From positions 8,766-72,765 of the forward strand of contig CAZGHP010000001.1 in assembly GCA_964525455.1 (NCBI GenBank): a stretch of DNA of 64,000 nt. Direction: 5' to 3'. Source of the DNA: an uncultured Candidatus Saccharibacteria bacterium (GTDB lineage Bacteria > Patescibacteriota > SICC01). The position numbers and the translations under genes were made by a program. Below are positions 1-9,977 of the stretch, in pieces. Each line of letters opens with the position of its first letter. Within the stretch, counting starts at the first letter, position 1. The notes below the pieces were generated by a model. The model ran no database searches, was not told where the DNA came from, and saw only the letters and a program-made list of their open reading frames with translations.

Positions 1-353
1 AGCCGATCCGGGTGCAAGGCGCATACGTGGAAACACGGGAAGCCAACCAGCTCACCGACTTCCTGAAGGGCAAGGGCGAACCGGTCTACGAAGAATCGGT
101 GACGGAGCGGCCGGCCGGCGGTCCCGAGGGCGGCGCCGCCGGCGAGGGCTCGGACGACCCGATGTACGAGGAAGCCAAGGGAGAAGTGATCCGTGCGAAA
201 AAGGCCTCGACCTCGTATCTCCAGCGGCGGCTCCGGATCGGGTACGGCCGTGCCGCGCGGCTGATGGATGCGCTCGAGGAGAACGGCGTGATCGGCCCCG
301 GCGAAGGCGCGAAGCCGCGGCAGGTGTTGGTGGATTCCGATGATCCGGAATAG
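1..353 (+). CDS. ftsK: DNA translocase FtsK/SpoIIIE, C-terminal part (5' truncated by window)
   Basis: QGAYV motif and gamma winged-helix motif STSYLQRRLRIGYGRAARLMDALE. Confidence 0.93.
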   Translation, partial: PIRVQGAYVETREANQLTDFLKGKGEPVYEESVTERPAGGPEGGAAGEGSDDPMYEEAKGEVIRAKKASTSYLQRRLRIGYGRAARLMDALEENGVIGPGEGAKPRQVLVDSDDPE

Positions 354-406
354 AATGACACGTCAGGTCTACTGACCTACCGAACCTTCGACAACAAGGA
401 GTAGCG

Positions 407-637
407 ATGAGTCGTCATCCGAGCGATAAGAAGAAGATCGATCTCTTCGGAGAGAATCTTTGGCCCTGGGTTTCCGCCGCAGTCATCTTCGTCCCCGCCA
501 TAGCGGCTTGCGTAGGTACCTTTCTCATCGCGCCGAAAAGTGTGGGAGAGGGGATTAGCGCTTTCTGTCTGATTTTCTTTGGCTTGATGAGTCTGATAGC
601 GCTTGCTGTCATGCTCTCTTCGGAAGAAGGGTGGTGA
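407..637 (+). CDS. Small orphan two-TM membrane protein, possibly frameshift-truncated
   Basis: SD AAGGAG 396-401, -10 TAGAAT at 351, two hydrophobic helices. Confidence 0.6.
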   Translation: MSRHPSDKKKIDLFGENLWPWVSAAVIFVPAIAACVGTFLIAPKSVGEGISAFCLIFFGLMSLIALAVMLSSEEGW

Positions 638-761
638 CGGACACCTGGTCGTCATGATGGTCGGGAACCTCCATGGATTGCTCGACGATCTGGAGTATGC
701 GTTCGAGCAGCGTGCATCCGAACGACGACCGTCCTCGATTCACACCATTCACCCCTGAGAC

Positions 762-824
762 GCGCCCGGAGAACGTCCCTGCGATTCGATTCGCAGCCGA
801 CTCTCTCCGGGCGCTTCTTCTTTT
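762..824 (+). terminator. Long hairpin with U-rich tail, intrinsic terminator-like
   Basis: GCGCCCGGAGA 762-772 pairs with TCTCCGGGCGC 804-814, followed by TTCTTCTTTT. Confidence 0.6.
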
Positions 825-904
825 CGGCTCGACAGCGGTACGTCCCATGCTTGTGCGGCGGCTTAGTCCGCCGCTCCTGTCCGGATGCGATATCCTAGGG
901 ATGT

Positions 905-1900
905 ATGCCGCAATTCAAGAAACGCGAACTCAAAAGCGACAAGTCCCTGGCGGAACAGCTCAAGGCCGTCCGGCGGACGAGTCGGCTGACCTTCGAGCAG
1001 ATCGCGCGGGAGACGAAGATCCCCCGGAAATACCTGAAGGCGCTGGAGGACGGCAAATATGAGGAGTTGCCCGCCGAGGTGTACGTCCGCGGTTTCCTGG
1101 AGAATTACGCCAAGTTCCTCGGGTTTCCGGAAGACGAGGTACTCACGCAATACAAACGTGAACGGGGGATCTCCGGCCGCCCGTCGCCGGAACTGTCGCT
1201 GCCGAAACGCTCGGTCGAACGTCCGCGGCTCACGATTACCCCGCGGACGATGGGACTCGCCGCCGCGGCGGTACTGCTATTCTCCGTGGTCGGCTACCTG
1301 GTCTCCCAGATCACCGGATTCGCCTCCCCGCCGGACCTTGAGGTCATCGCACCGGTCGCCGACGTCCGCACCGACGACGACCGGGTGGAAGTACGCGGCC
1401 GTACCGAATCGGACGCTCAGGTCTTCATCAACAACCAGCCGATCCCGACCGATACGGACGGCTCGTTCAACGAGACGGTGACGCTGCCGGCCGGCACGAA
1501 CTCGCTCCGGATCGTGGCGCGCGACCAGAACGGCCGCGAACGGACGATCGAACGCTCCGTGGTGGTCGAAGTGGCGTCGCCCGGACCGAGCCCGTCCGGA
1601 ACTCCCGAGCTCGCCGGCGCCCTCTTCATCCTGCGCGTCGGTCCGAACAGCGCGTTCGTCGAGCTCCAGGTGGACGGTAAGAACACGTTCGCAGGGCTGA
1701 TGGCTCCGGACACCACCCAGACGTTCACCGCCCGTGACCGGGTGCTGGTGACGACCTCTAACGGCGGCAGTACCCGTCTGACGGTCGGCGGCAAGGACCA
1801 GGGCGTGTTGGGTGAGGAGGGGCAGTTCCGTCGCGGCGTCCAGTTCCTGGTAAGCGATTTCGCGTCTCCCTCACCGTCCCCCCGCCCACGGAATCCCTGA
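905..1900 (+). CDS. rodZ: RodZ-like HTH membrane protein with Ig-like and C-terminal RodZ domains
   Basis: HTH motif YLKALEDG..ELPAEVYVRGFLENYAKFLG, one TM, beta-rich extracytoplasmic part; follows ftsK. Confidence 0.8.
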   Translation: MPQFKKRELKSDKSLAEQLKAVRRTSRLTFEQIARETKIPRKYLKALEDGKYEELPAEVYVRGFLENYAKFLGFPEDEVLTQYKRERGISGRPSPELSLPKRSVERPRLTITPRTMGLAAAAVLLFSVVGYLVSQITGFASPPDLEVIAPVADVRTDDDRVEVRGRTESDAQVFINNQPIPTDTDGSFNETVTLPAGTNSLRIVARDQNGRERTIERSVVVEVASPGPSPSGTPELAGALFILRVGPNSAFVELQVDGKNTFAGLMAPDTTQTFTARDRVLVTTSNGGSTRLTVGGKDQGVLGEEGQFRRGVQFLVSDFASPSPSPRPRNP

Positions 1901-1919
1901 TTCCCCGCCTCCGGGCCGC

Positions 1920-1948
1920 TTGACACATAGTATACAGATGTATACTAT
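1920..1948 (+). promoter_or_regulatory. recA sigma70 promoter overlapped by a perfect palindromic operator (candidate SOS box)
   Basis: TTGACA 1920-1925, 17 nt, TACTAT 1943-1948; ATAGTATACA-GA-TGTATACTAT 1927-1948. Confidence 0.7.
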
Positions 1949-2046
1949 CTACCCATGTTGCTCCCTGTTCGTTCGGGTATTGCAAAAAGCGAGCAACCAT
2001 AATAGACTAGAAACCAACAATAACCTATCGAAAGGGGCGCGCTATC

Positions 2047-3105
<1,059 letters not shown>

Positions 3106-3121
3106 CCCGACAAGTGGTCTG

Positions 3122-3742
3122 ATGCAGATCACCAAGATTGAAAAACAAGCCAAGCGTGATCGTTACAACGTGCACGCGGACGGGAAGTTCGTGGCGGCGC
3201 TCGATGCCGGCGTGCTTGCCGGAGCAGGACTCTCCGAAGGTGATATCCTCACCAACGTCGAATTGGCAACGCTCTTGCAACGTGAACGTTTTGCGAAGGC
3301 GTTGGCGAAAGCCTACCAGCTGCTGGCCCGCCGGTCGCACAGCGTCAGCGAATTGACTCGAAAGCTGGGGGAGCGGGGATTCGGCACAGCCCTGGCCGTG
3401 GCGGTCTGCGAGCATCTCGGGGAACGCGGCTATCTCGACGACCGTGCGTTCGCGAAACAATGGGTCACGTACCGCGGTGGTACGCGTGGTAACCGGCTGC
3501 TCCGCATGGAACTCAGGAAACGCGGTGTAGCGGACGATGTGATCACCGAAGCGCTGGCGGAAGGCGAACGGGATCAACTGACGTCGGCAAAGTCCCTGGC
3601 CCGCCGGCGACTCGAACGCTTCCGGGACGCGCCCCCGGAGGTCGTTACCGAAAAACTAGGAGCGTTCCTGGTCCGCCGCGGATATGATTACGCGACGGCC
3701 CGCGCGGCGGTGTCGGAGCTCGTCACTACCGGGAAATCCTGA
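3122..3742 (+). CDS. recX: Regulatory protein RecX
   Basis: Follows recA; LARRSHS..EL..KL, GYLDDRAFA, FLVRRGYD motifs; start MQITKIEKQ. Confidence 0.92.
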   Translation: MQITKIEKQAKRDRYNVHADGKFVAALDAGVLAGAGLSEGDILTNVELATLLQRERFAKALAKAYQLLARRSHSVSELTRKLGERGFGTALAVAVCEHLGERGYLDDRAFAKQWVTYRGGTRGNRLLRMELRKRGVADDVITEALAEGERDQLTSAKSLARRRLERFRDAPPEVVTEKLGAFLVRRGYDYATARAAVSELVTTGKS

Positions 3743-4214
3743 CCGGATCTCCCGGTTGGACGGAGTGTCGCCCGGCCCACCCGGCCGCGACCTCGAGCAC
3801 GCGGTCTACCGGCCCGTCCGGCCGGTAGCGGGGTAAGTCGGCCTCCGGAACGCCCGGCTTCGGCGGCGGCACATCCCGGGTTACCCCGGTGACCGTCTCG
3901 CCGGATATCCAGATGATGTCGATTGGAAAGGAGACGCCTTTCATCCAGTAGGCCTGGACCGCCGGCTCAGGATAGACGAACAGCATCCCCGCTTCTCCAC
4001 CGAGCGGTTCCCGTCCCATCAAGCCGCGGGCCTGCTTCTCCGGCGAAACAGCCACCTCGGCAGCCACCTCGGCCCGGTCGATCCGGACAGTCACGTTCGC
4101 GTCGTCGGTGAGTTCGGGAGGAGTGGTGATGGTCATGATGATCGCCGTTGCCAGTGCCGCCAACAGGAGGATGAGGCCGGTCGCGGACACTGGATTACGA
4201 AGTACCTTATGCAT
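3726..4214 (-). CDS. DUF192 family protein
   Basis: RGLMGR..GMLFVY..YWMKGVSFPIDIIWI..VLEVAAG. Confidence 0.9.
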   Translation of the reverse strand: MHKVLRNPVSATGLILLLAALATAIIMTITTPPELTDDANVTVRIDRAEVAAEVAVSPEKQARGLMGREPLGGEAGMLFVYPEPAVQAYWMKGVSFPIDIIWISGETVTGVTRDVPPPKPGVPEADLPRYRPDGPVDRVLEVAAGWAGRHSVQPGDPVRISR

Positions 4215-4227
4215 GGTGATTTCCGGG

Positions 4228-4301
4228 TGGGCAATGCTGGACTCGAACCAGCGACCTCCGCGATGTGAACGCGGCGCTCTAGCCGACTGAGCTAATTGCC
4301 C
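4228..4301 (-). tRNA. tRNA-Val(CAC)
   Basis: Cloverleaf GGGCAAT...CCGCG TTCACAT CGCGG...GGTTCGAGTCC; CCA not encoded; TATAAT upstream. Confidence 0.95.
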
Positions 4302-4330
4302 CGGTCCCTATGATTATAACCGCCCGGCGG

Positions 4331-4912
4331 CTAGTCGACGAAAGCGGCATAGAATGTCTTGCCGGCTTCCGAGAGCGTCAACCGGATCGTATCGGGCTGT
4401 TGCCACCAGGAACTGCGCGCCCACCGGGCATCGGTGGCCGGATACACCAGGAACGAGACGTCTTCACCGAAGACTTTCTCGAACGTCACTTTCACGCGTC
4501 GGGCATGGTACGGGGAAGTGACGAGGATCGCCGACCGGATGTTCTGCGCTTCGAACGTGGGCTTCAGGAACTCCGCGTTCTGTTTGGTCGTCCCCGACTG
4601 TTCCTCGATGATCGTCGCGGAAAGTGGCACGCCGCTTTGCAGGGCCAACCGCTGCATCACTTCGGCATTGGACGTGCCCCGGTCGGCGGCGGCCCCGGAG
4701 AAGACGAGGGTCGGGGCCAGCTCGTCGTACCAGAGCGCCACGCCCGTTTCCACGCGGGATTCCGTCTCCCCGCCGGACACCACGATGATCGCATCCGCCT
4801 TCCGGAGTCCGTCGCGGGGGGCGATGAACCAGCCCAGGGCGATCACAAGCAGCAGTATCGCGGCAGCGAAGGATACCAGGACCACGACCACCCGGCGCAC
4901 CCAGAGGCTCAT
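4331..4912 (-). CDS. YdcF/ElyC (DUF218) family protein
   Basis: ADAIIVVSGG, FSG, EEQSGTTKQNA, LVTSPYHARR. Confidence 0.9.
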   Translation of the reverse strand: MSLWVRRVVVVLVSFAAAILLLVIALGWFIAPRDGLRKADAIIVVSGGETESRVETGVALWYDELAPTLVFSGAAADRGTSNAEVMQRLALQSGVPLSATIIEEQSGTTKQNAEFLKPTFEAQNIRSAILVTSPYHARRVKVTFEKVFGEDVSFLVYPATDARWARSSWWQQPDTIRLTLSEAGKTFYAAFVD

Positions 4913-5307
4913 GGGCGGAACGTCCAGAACTTATTGCCGGCGAAATTCGACAGCACCACCAATCCGTTGGCGATGACCTGGGCGGGGAAGGCGTGCACAC
5001 CCACGACCTCCACGAGGACCGCCAGACCGATCAGGTTGAGCGTCAGGCCGGTCGTCTGGACGAGTATGAACTTCACCAGCTTCCGGGTGCGGTGTTTCCC
5101 CGCCCGGAACGTCCAGATGCGGTTGAAGGTGTAGCTGTTCAGGGTCGCGAAGACGAACGCGAAGACCGCGGCGGTGATGTAAAACACGTCCAGCCACAGC
5201 AGGACGCCGTACACCGCGAAGTTGATCGCGGTGGTCATGGCCCCGACCAAGGTGAACTTCACGAACTGGCGGGCGTGACGATCCTGGGTAAGCGTGGCGA
5301 TATTCAT
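4909..5307 (-). CDS. GtrA family flippase-like protein
   Basis: QFVKFTLVG, NSYTFNRIWTF, NFAGNKFWTF. Confidence 0.92.
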   Translation of the reverse strand: MNIATLTQDRHARQFVKFTLVGAMTTAINFAVYGVLLWLDVFYITAAVFAFVFATLNSYTFNRIWTFRAGKHRTRKLVKFILVQTTGLTLNLIGLAVLVEVVGVHAFPAQVIANGLVVLSNFAGNKFWTFRP

Positions 5308-5309
5308 TT

Positions 5310-5822
5310 TTACGGCGCCGTTTCCGGTTCGAGTCCGGCGGACCGGACCTTTCCATCATATCGCACCACGACCTGCCGCCGTCCGAACCGCAGGACCCGT
5401 TCGCGGGGAATGATCAGGTCCCGTCGCGTGAGCTGCCAGAACGGCGGCGAGACGTGCAGCTTCACGAGGTAGTGGCCGTCGGTCTCGAACGTACATTCCT
5501 TGACCCGCCCCAGCCGTTTCCCCGATTCAGTCACGGCCCGGCAGCCGATGGGATCGGTACGCTCCAGCAGGACCTTCCCGAGCACCGGCAGGTCCTCGGC
5601 GGCCTGGGCGACCCCCGCGTTCGTGACCGTCACGGCGTTCTCGAGATACGCGGTCACGTCGACGGTCGAGACGAACCGTTCGTGCCGCGAGGTCGCCAGC
5701 CGGTAGGCGACGAGTTTGCCCCGGGCGCCGTCGAACACGGCCGCGGCGACCTTTCCGACCGGCGCGCCGTCCTGTCCAGAGACGACCGGTCGTCCGATGA
5801 CGTTGGTGAGGAGTATCAGCAC
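5310..5822 (-). CDS. Tandem PRC-barrel domain protein
   Basis: Two repeats of IG..V....G..(V/L)G(K/R)V. Confidence 0.75.
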   Translation of the reverse strand: MLILLTNVIGRPVVSGQDGAPVGKVAAAVFDGARGKLVAYRLATSRHERFVSTVDVTAYLENAVTVTNAGVAQAAEDLPVLGKVLLERTDPIGCRAVTESGKRLGRVKECTFETDGHYLVKLHVSPPFWQLTRRDLIIPRERVLRFGRRQVVVRYDGKVRSAGLEPETAP

Positions 5823-5852
5823 GTTTCCATTGTATCGGCTCGGACGGATCGG

Positions 5853-6584
5853 TCAGGCTGCCGGCGTTTCCAGTCGGAGCAGGTACTCCTGGTTACCCTT
5901 GGTCCCTTTGACGGGAGAGGCGACCGACCCCTCGACGCTCCAACCGTTCCGCAGCAGCCAGTCACGGAGCCGGTCGAGGGCGTCCGCCACCACGCCGCGG
6001 TCCGTAATCACCCCCTTGCCACGGCTTGCTTCGGTCCGTCCCACCTCGAACTGCGGTTTGAACAGCGCGATGACCGGTGCGCGGCCGGGGAGCAGTGCCG
6101 CCGTGGCGGGCAGCACGCCGCGGAGACTGATGAAACTTACGTCCACGACCGCGAGGTCGGCTGGCAGGGGGAGCTTCCGGAGCTTCCGGATGTCCGTCCG
6201 CTCCAGGACCGTCACGCGGGGGTCGTTCCGGAGCTCCCAGGCGAGCTGTCCCGTGCCGACGTCCACGGCGATCACCGCTCGCGCACCACGCTCCAGCACC
6301 AACTGGGTGAACCCGCCGGTCGAGGCGCCGACGTCGAGCACCGTCCGCCCGGCGACCGTGACCGGCCAGGCATCGAGCGCCGCCGCGAGTTTTCCAGCCG
6401 CCCGGCTCACGTACGGTTTCGCTGCGGCGCCGGACACGGCAGCCTCCACCTCGACGGACTGGCCGGACTTCCGGACCGGCGCATCCCCGACCCGGATCGT
6501 ACCGGCCATGATCAATGCCTGGGCCTTGGTGCGGCTGACGCCGAGGGCATCCGCGACGTGCTCGTCCGCCCGCCGCTTCGTCAT
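5853..6584 (-). CDS. tlyA: TlyA family rRNA 2'-O-methyltransferase
   Basis: S4 domain, YVSRAAGKL, LDVGASTGGFT, DVSFISL, KPQFE, GNQEY; start overlaps upstream stop (ATGA). Confidence 0.95.
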   Translation of the reverse strand: MTKRRADEHVADALGVSRTKAQALIMAGTIRVGDAPVRKSGQSVEVEAAVSGAAAKPYVSRAAGKLAAALDAWPVTVAGRTVLDVGASTGGFTQLVLERGARAVIAVDVGTGQLAWELRNDPRVTVLERTDIRKLRKLPLPADLAVVDVSFISLRGVLPATAALLPGRAPVIALFKPQFEVGRTEASRGKGVITDRGVVADALDRLRDWLLRNGWSVEGSVASPVKGTKGNQEYLLRLETPAA

Positions 6585-7972
6585 CGGCTCGAGACGGGGA
6601 CGGTATCGGAGATGCCGGCCTTGAGCTTCTGGGTGTCGCCGCTGCCGAGCTCGACCGAGAACAGTGCGCGGCCCCGGTCGTCGTCCGCGATCACCAGGAC
6701 ATGGCCGTAATCGCGGTCCCAACCGGCCAGGACGGGATTCTTGAGCGAGCCGAGCGGTTTGACGGATTCGTCCTTGAAGAGCGACAGGATCGGTTTGCTG
6801 CTGCCGCGCACCAGCAGGGTCTCCGTCAGCTCCCGGTTCAGCAGGTAGGAATGTGCCGGCTGGGTTTCGCTAAAGCTGTTTTCCTCGTCGTTCTCCAGCG
6901 TCCGGATGACCACGAGCGCACCCCCGGTGTCCTGCTCCCGTAGGAATGCGAGCCGCGCGCCGTCGGTGGATATGGAAACGTCATACTCGTTGCGTGGCGT
7001 ATCGGCGACCGCTTCCACGTCGCCGGTCACCACGTTACCGGCGAAGATATCCCGGTTGCCCTCGGAGACCTCGGCCTGGAAGTAGAGCGTTACGCCGGTC
7101 GGCGCCCACACCAGCCCTCCCGCCGGCGCCGGTGTCTTGATGCGGCTGGTCTTCCCGTCCGTGACGTTCGCGATGAAGACGGATCCCTCGGCGGGGATCG
7201 CCAGGTGCGTGCCGTCCGGTGACCAGGCTACCGGCCACGTTCCGGGCAGGTTCTCCGCGATGGTCTCGACTTTCCGTGTGGCGATATCCACCACTTTCAG
7301 CGTGGTGCGGTTCCTGGTCTCGTCGGAGGCACCCTCCTCGTTGGAGTAGAAGGCGACTTTTTGGTTCGCGCTGGAAAACGCCACTCCGTAGTCATCGAAG
7401 ACCGAACTGACCAACTGGTCGTCGCGGTCGCGTTCCACGGAGCGAAGGTAGACTTGGCGTTTGCCGGTCTCGCCCTTGGCATATACCAGCGCGAACTCAC
7501 GCGTCTCCGGAGCAGGGGCGGGAGGCAGCGGCTTGAACGAGGGCAGGGGTTCCAGCGTCGGCTCTGCCGACGGCAAGGCGGTCGGTACATCGCGCGTTCC
7601 CGGAGACGAGCTTGCGGCTGGAACAGGGCTTGCCGCGTAAAGCTGGGCGATCGGGCCGAGGCGGCTCCGGAGCGCCGCACGCGCGAGCGGTGACGGCTTC
7701 GGGCTCTGCCCCGATCCTTCCTCGTCGACCCGGACGGTCAGCACGCCAACGTCGATATTCGCGGTACTGAGCGGCCGTGACCGCTGGCCGAAGTGCTCGT
7801 TCGAGAGACCGCGCGGCGTCTCGGTACTTTCGGGCGTGGGGCTCGGGCTTGGCGAAGGTTCCGGCTGGCGGTCGCGCAGGTACACGATCGCCGCGACGAC
7901 CGCCGCCAGTACCAGGATCGCCAAGACTATGTAGGCGGCCTTTTTTTTACGAGATAGTTCCCTGTGTGTCAC
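6581..7972 (-). CDS. Membrane-anchored TolB-like beta-propeller protein
   Basis: N-terminal TM, S/P-rich linker, PD40-like repeats (WSPDG, WAPTG, ISTDG). Confidence 0.75.
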   Translation of the reverse strand: MTHRELSRKKKAAYIVLAILVLAAVVAAIVYLRDRQPEPSPSPSPTPESTETPRGLSNEHFGQRSRPLSTANIDVGVLTVRVDEEGSGQSPKPSPLARAALRSRLGPIAQLYAASPVPAASSSPGTRDVPTALPSAEPTLEPLPSFKPLPPAPAPETREFALVYAKGETGKRQVYLRSVERDRDDQLVSSVFDDYGVAFSSANQKVAFYSNEEGASDETRNRTTLKVVDIATRKVETIAENLPGTWPVAWSPDGTHLAIPAEGSVFIANVTDGKTSRIKTPAPAGGLVWAPTGVTLYFQAEVSEGNRDIFAGNVVTGDVEAVADTPRNEYDVSISTDGARLAFLREQDTGGALVVIRTLENDEENSFSETQPAHSYLLNRELTETLLVRGSSKPILSLFKDESVKPLGSLKNPVLAGWDRDYGHVLVIADDDRGRALFSVELGSGDTQKLKAGISDTVPVSSR

Positions 7973-8004
7973 TGTGTCCCCATCATACGCGGGCGTCGGC
8001 GGGA

Positions 8005-8562
8005 CTACACCCGCTCGACGTAGGTCCCCGTACGCGTGTCGATCCGTACCTGGTCGCCCGGCTGCACGAACAGCGGTACGTTGACGGTCGCGCCGGTCTC
8101 GAGCGTCGCCGGCTTCGACCCGCCGCTGACGGTATCGCCCTTGAGCCCCGGGTCGGTCTCGGCCACTTTGAATACCGCTTTGATCGGCAACTCCACGCCG
8201 ATCACCGCGTCGCCGTGCACGAGCAGTTCCGCGGCCATGCCTTCCGTGAGGAATCCGGCTTGTCCGCCGAGCGTGTCGACCGGGACCGTATGCTGCTCAT
8301 ACGATCCGGTGTCCATGAACGTAAGGGCGTCACCCTGGCGGAAGAGGAACTGGCCGGAACGCGTCGAGAGCGCGGCCGGCTTCACCTTCTCGCTGCCCTG
8401 GAACGTCTTCTGTAGCGTCGCGCCGGTCTTCAGGTTCTTGAGCTTGGTCCGCGCGATCGCACCGCCGCGGCCCATCTTCGAATGCTGGTAGGACAGCACT
8501 ACATACGGCTCGCCGTCGAGCTCGATCTTCGTATTCGTCTTGAGGTCGGTGATTCCGAGCAT
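8005..8562 (-). CDS. efp: Elongation factor P
   Basis: HSKMGRGGAIARTKLKNL, PGLKGDTVSGGSKPATLETG, VPLF..GD.VRIDTRTGTYVER. Confidence 0.97.
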   Translation of the reverse strand: MLGITDLKTNTKIELDGEPYVVLSYQHSKMGRGGAIARTKLKNLKTGATLQKTFQGSEKVKPAALSTRSGQFLFRQGDALTFMDTGSYEQHTVPVDTLGGQAGFLTEGMAAELLVHGDAVIGVELPIKAVFKVAETDPGLKGDTVSGGSKPATLETGATVNVPLFVQPGDQVRIDTRTGTYVERV

Positions 8563-8783
8563 CAGCGGGAAGTGTACGGCATCAGCGCCGCCAGGCGGGA
8601 GCGCTTGATCGCGAGTGCAATCATGCGCTGGTGCTTGGCACAATTACCGGAGCGCCGCCGCGAGTCGATCTTTCCGTAGGGACTGACGAACCGCGACAGC
8701 AGCCGGACGTCCTTGTAATCGATGACATCGAGGTGCTTGCTGCAGAACAGACAGCGTTTATGTTTCGGTCGTTCGACTGCCAT
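8562..8783 (-). CDS. rpsR: 30S ribosomal protein S18 (Zn-binding form)
   Basis: CLFC..IDYKD..GKI..RRSGNCAKHQR..AIKRSR..ALMPY. Confidence 0.97.
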   Translation of the reverse strand: MAVERPKHKRCLFCSKHLDVIDYKDVRLLSRFVSPYGKIDSRRRSGNCAKHQRMIALAIKRSRLAALMPYTSR

Positions 8784-9310
8784 CAGAAGGGAATGTCATC
8801 CAGCGACGGGTCTTCACCCGGCGCGTCCTTGTCTTTCTTGTCGCTCTTCTTGTCGTCCTTGCCGGACGGTGCGCCGGCCTGGGACGCTTCTGCCTCGGTC
8901 GGCTGCGCCGGCACTTGGCTGCCGCCACTGTTGGCTTGGCCAGCTGGGCCAGCCGAGCCGCCTTGGCCGCCGGCACCGCGGGAATCAAGCAGGATCATGT
9001 CATCGGCGACGATCTGGGTCTTGGAGCGCTTGGAACCGTCCTGTGCTTCCCAGGTGTCGGTCTGGAGCCGTCCTTCGAAATAGGCGCGACGGCCCTTGGC
9101 GAGGTACTGGTTGCAGATTTCCGCGAGCTTGCCCCACACCACGATGTTATGGAATTCGGCCTGCTCCTGGGTCTCGCCCTGCTGGTTCTTCCACTGCCGG
9201 TTGGTCGCGACGCCGAAGTTCGCCACTTGCTGCCCGTTCGGCGTGGTGCGCATTTCCGGATCGCGGGTCAGGTTCCCGATGATCATCGCCTTGTTGAGAT
9301 CTTTGGCCAT
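8783..9310 (-). CDS. ssb: Single-stranded DNA-binding protein
   Basis: LNKAMIIGNLTRDPE, EGRLQT, DDIPF tail. Confidence 0.98.
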   Translation of the reverse strand: MAKDLNKAMIIGNLTRDPEMRTTPNGQQVANFGVATNRQWKNQQGETQEQAEFHNIVVWGKLAEICNQYLAKGRRAYFEGRLQTDTWEAQDGSKRSKTQIVADDMILLDSRGAGGQGGSAGPAGQANSGGSQVPAQPTEAEASQAGAPSGKDDKKSDKKDKDAPGEDPSLDDIPF

Positions 9311-9334
9311 GGTGCCTCCGCCTAGTTAATCTTC

Positions 9335-9850
9335 TTAATCCTTAAGTTGCTCTTCGAGTGCGGCTTCGAGTTCCTTCTTCGACGCCTTCTTGGCCGGGGC
9401 CTTGGCGGCGGGCTGCTCTTCTTGCGTACCGGTCGTGGTATCCGCCGCCGGTTTCGCGGCCGGCGCGGCGGTCTTCCGCATGGCTTCCGGAACCTTCACC
9501 TTCGCTTCTTCCTTGCTCTCTTCCACTGCCGTGGCAACCTGGTGGATCTCGCCCGGGGTCGGTACTTCGTCGGTGCTGAGCAGGACGGTGCGGACGACCG
9601 CGTCCATCACGTTCAGTTGCCGGACGAACTCGTTGGCTTTCTCCGCCTCGATTTCGCAGTGCAGCAGCGTGTACCAGCCGTGGTCTTCCTTGCCGATCTC
9701 GTAGGCGAGCGGACGGCGGCCCAGGGAGTTCTGTTCCTTGGCCTTGCCGCCAAGCTCGAGCAGCGCGGCACCGACCGCGTCGGCCACCTTGGCGGCCTCC
9801 GGTTCGGTCTTATCGCCTGCGACGATGAAAAGTAGTTCGTATTCTCTCAT
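9335..9850 (-). CDS. rpsF: 30S ribosomal protein S6 with long charged tail
   Basis: MREYELLFIV, GRRPLAYEI, GWY; rpsF-ssb-rpsR order. Confidence 0.95.
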   Translation of the reverse strand: MREYELLFIVAGDKTEPEAAKVADAVGAALLELGGKAKEQNSLGRRPLAYEIGKEDHGWYTLLHCEIEAEKANEFVRQLNVMDAVVRTVLLSTDEVPTPGEIHQVATAVEESKEEAKVKVPEAMRKTAAPAAKPAADTTTGTQEEQPAAKAPAKKASKKELEAALEEQLKD

Positions 9851-9977
9851 GCTTCTCGTGGACTATCGTCCCGGTGCTCCGGGAGAAAAGCTCGTAGCTA
9901 AGAGTCTACGGTCGCCGGCTCGGAGCGTCAAGGAGCGAGTTATCAATATGGTAGCTTGTTTATGTTTGCTTGTCAAT

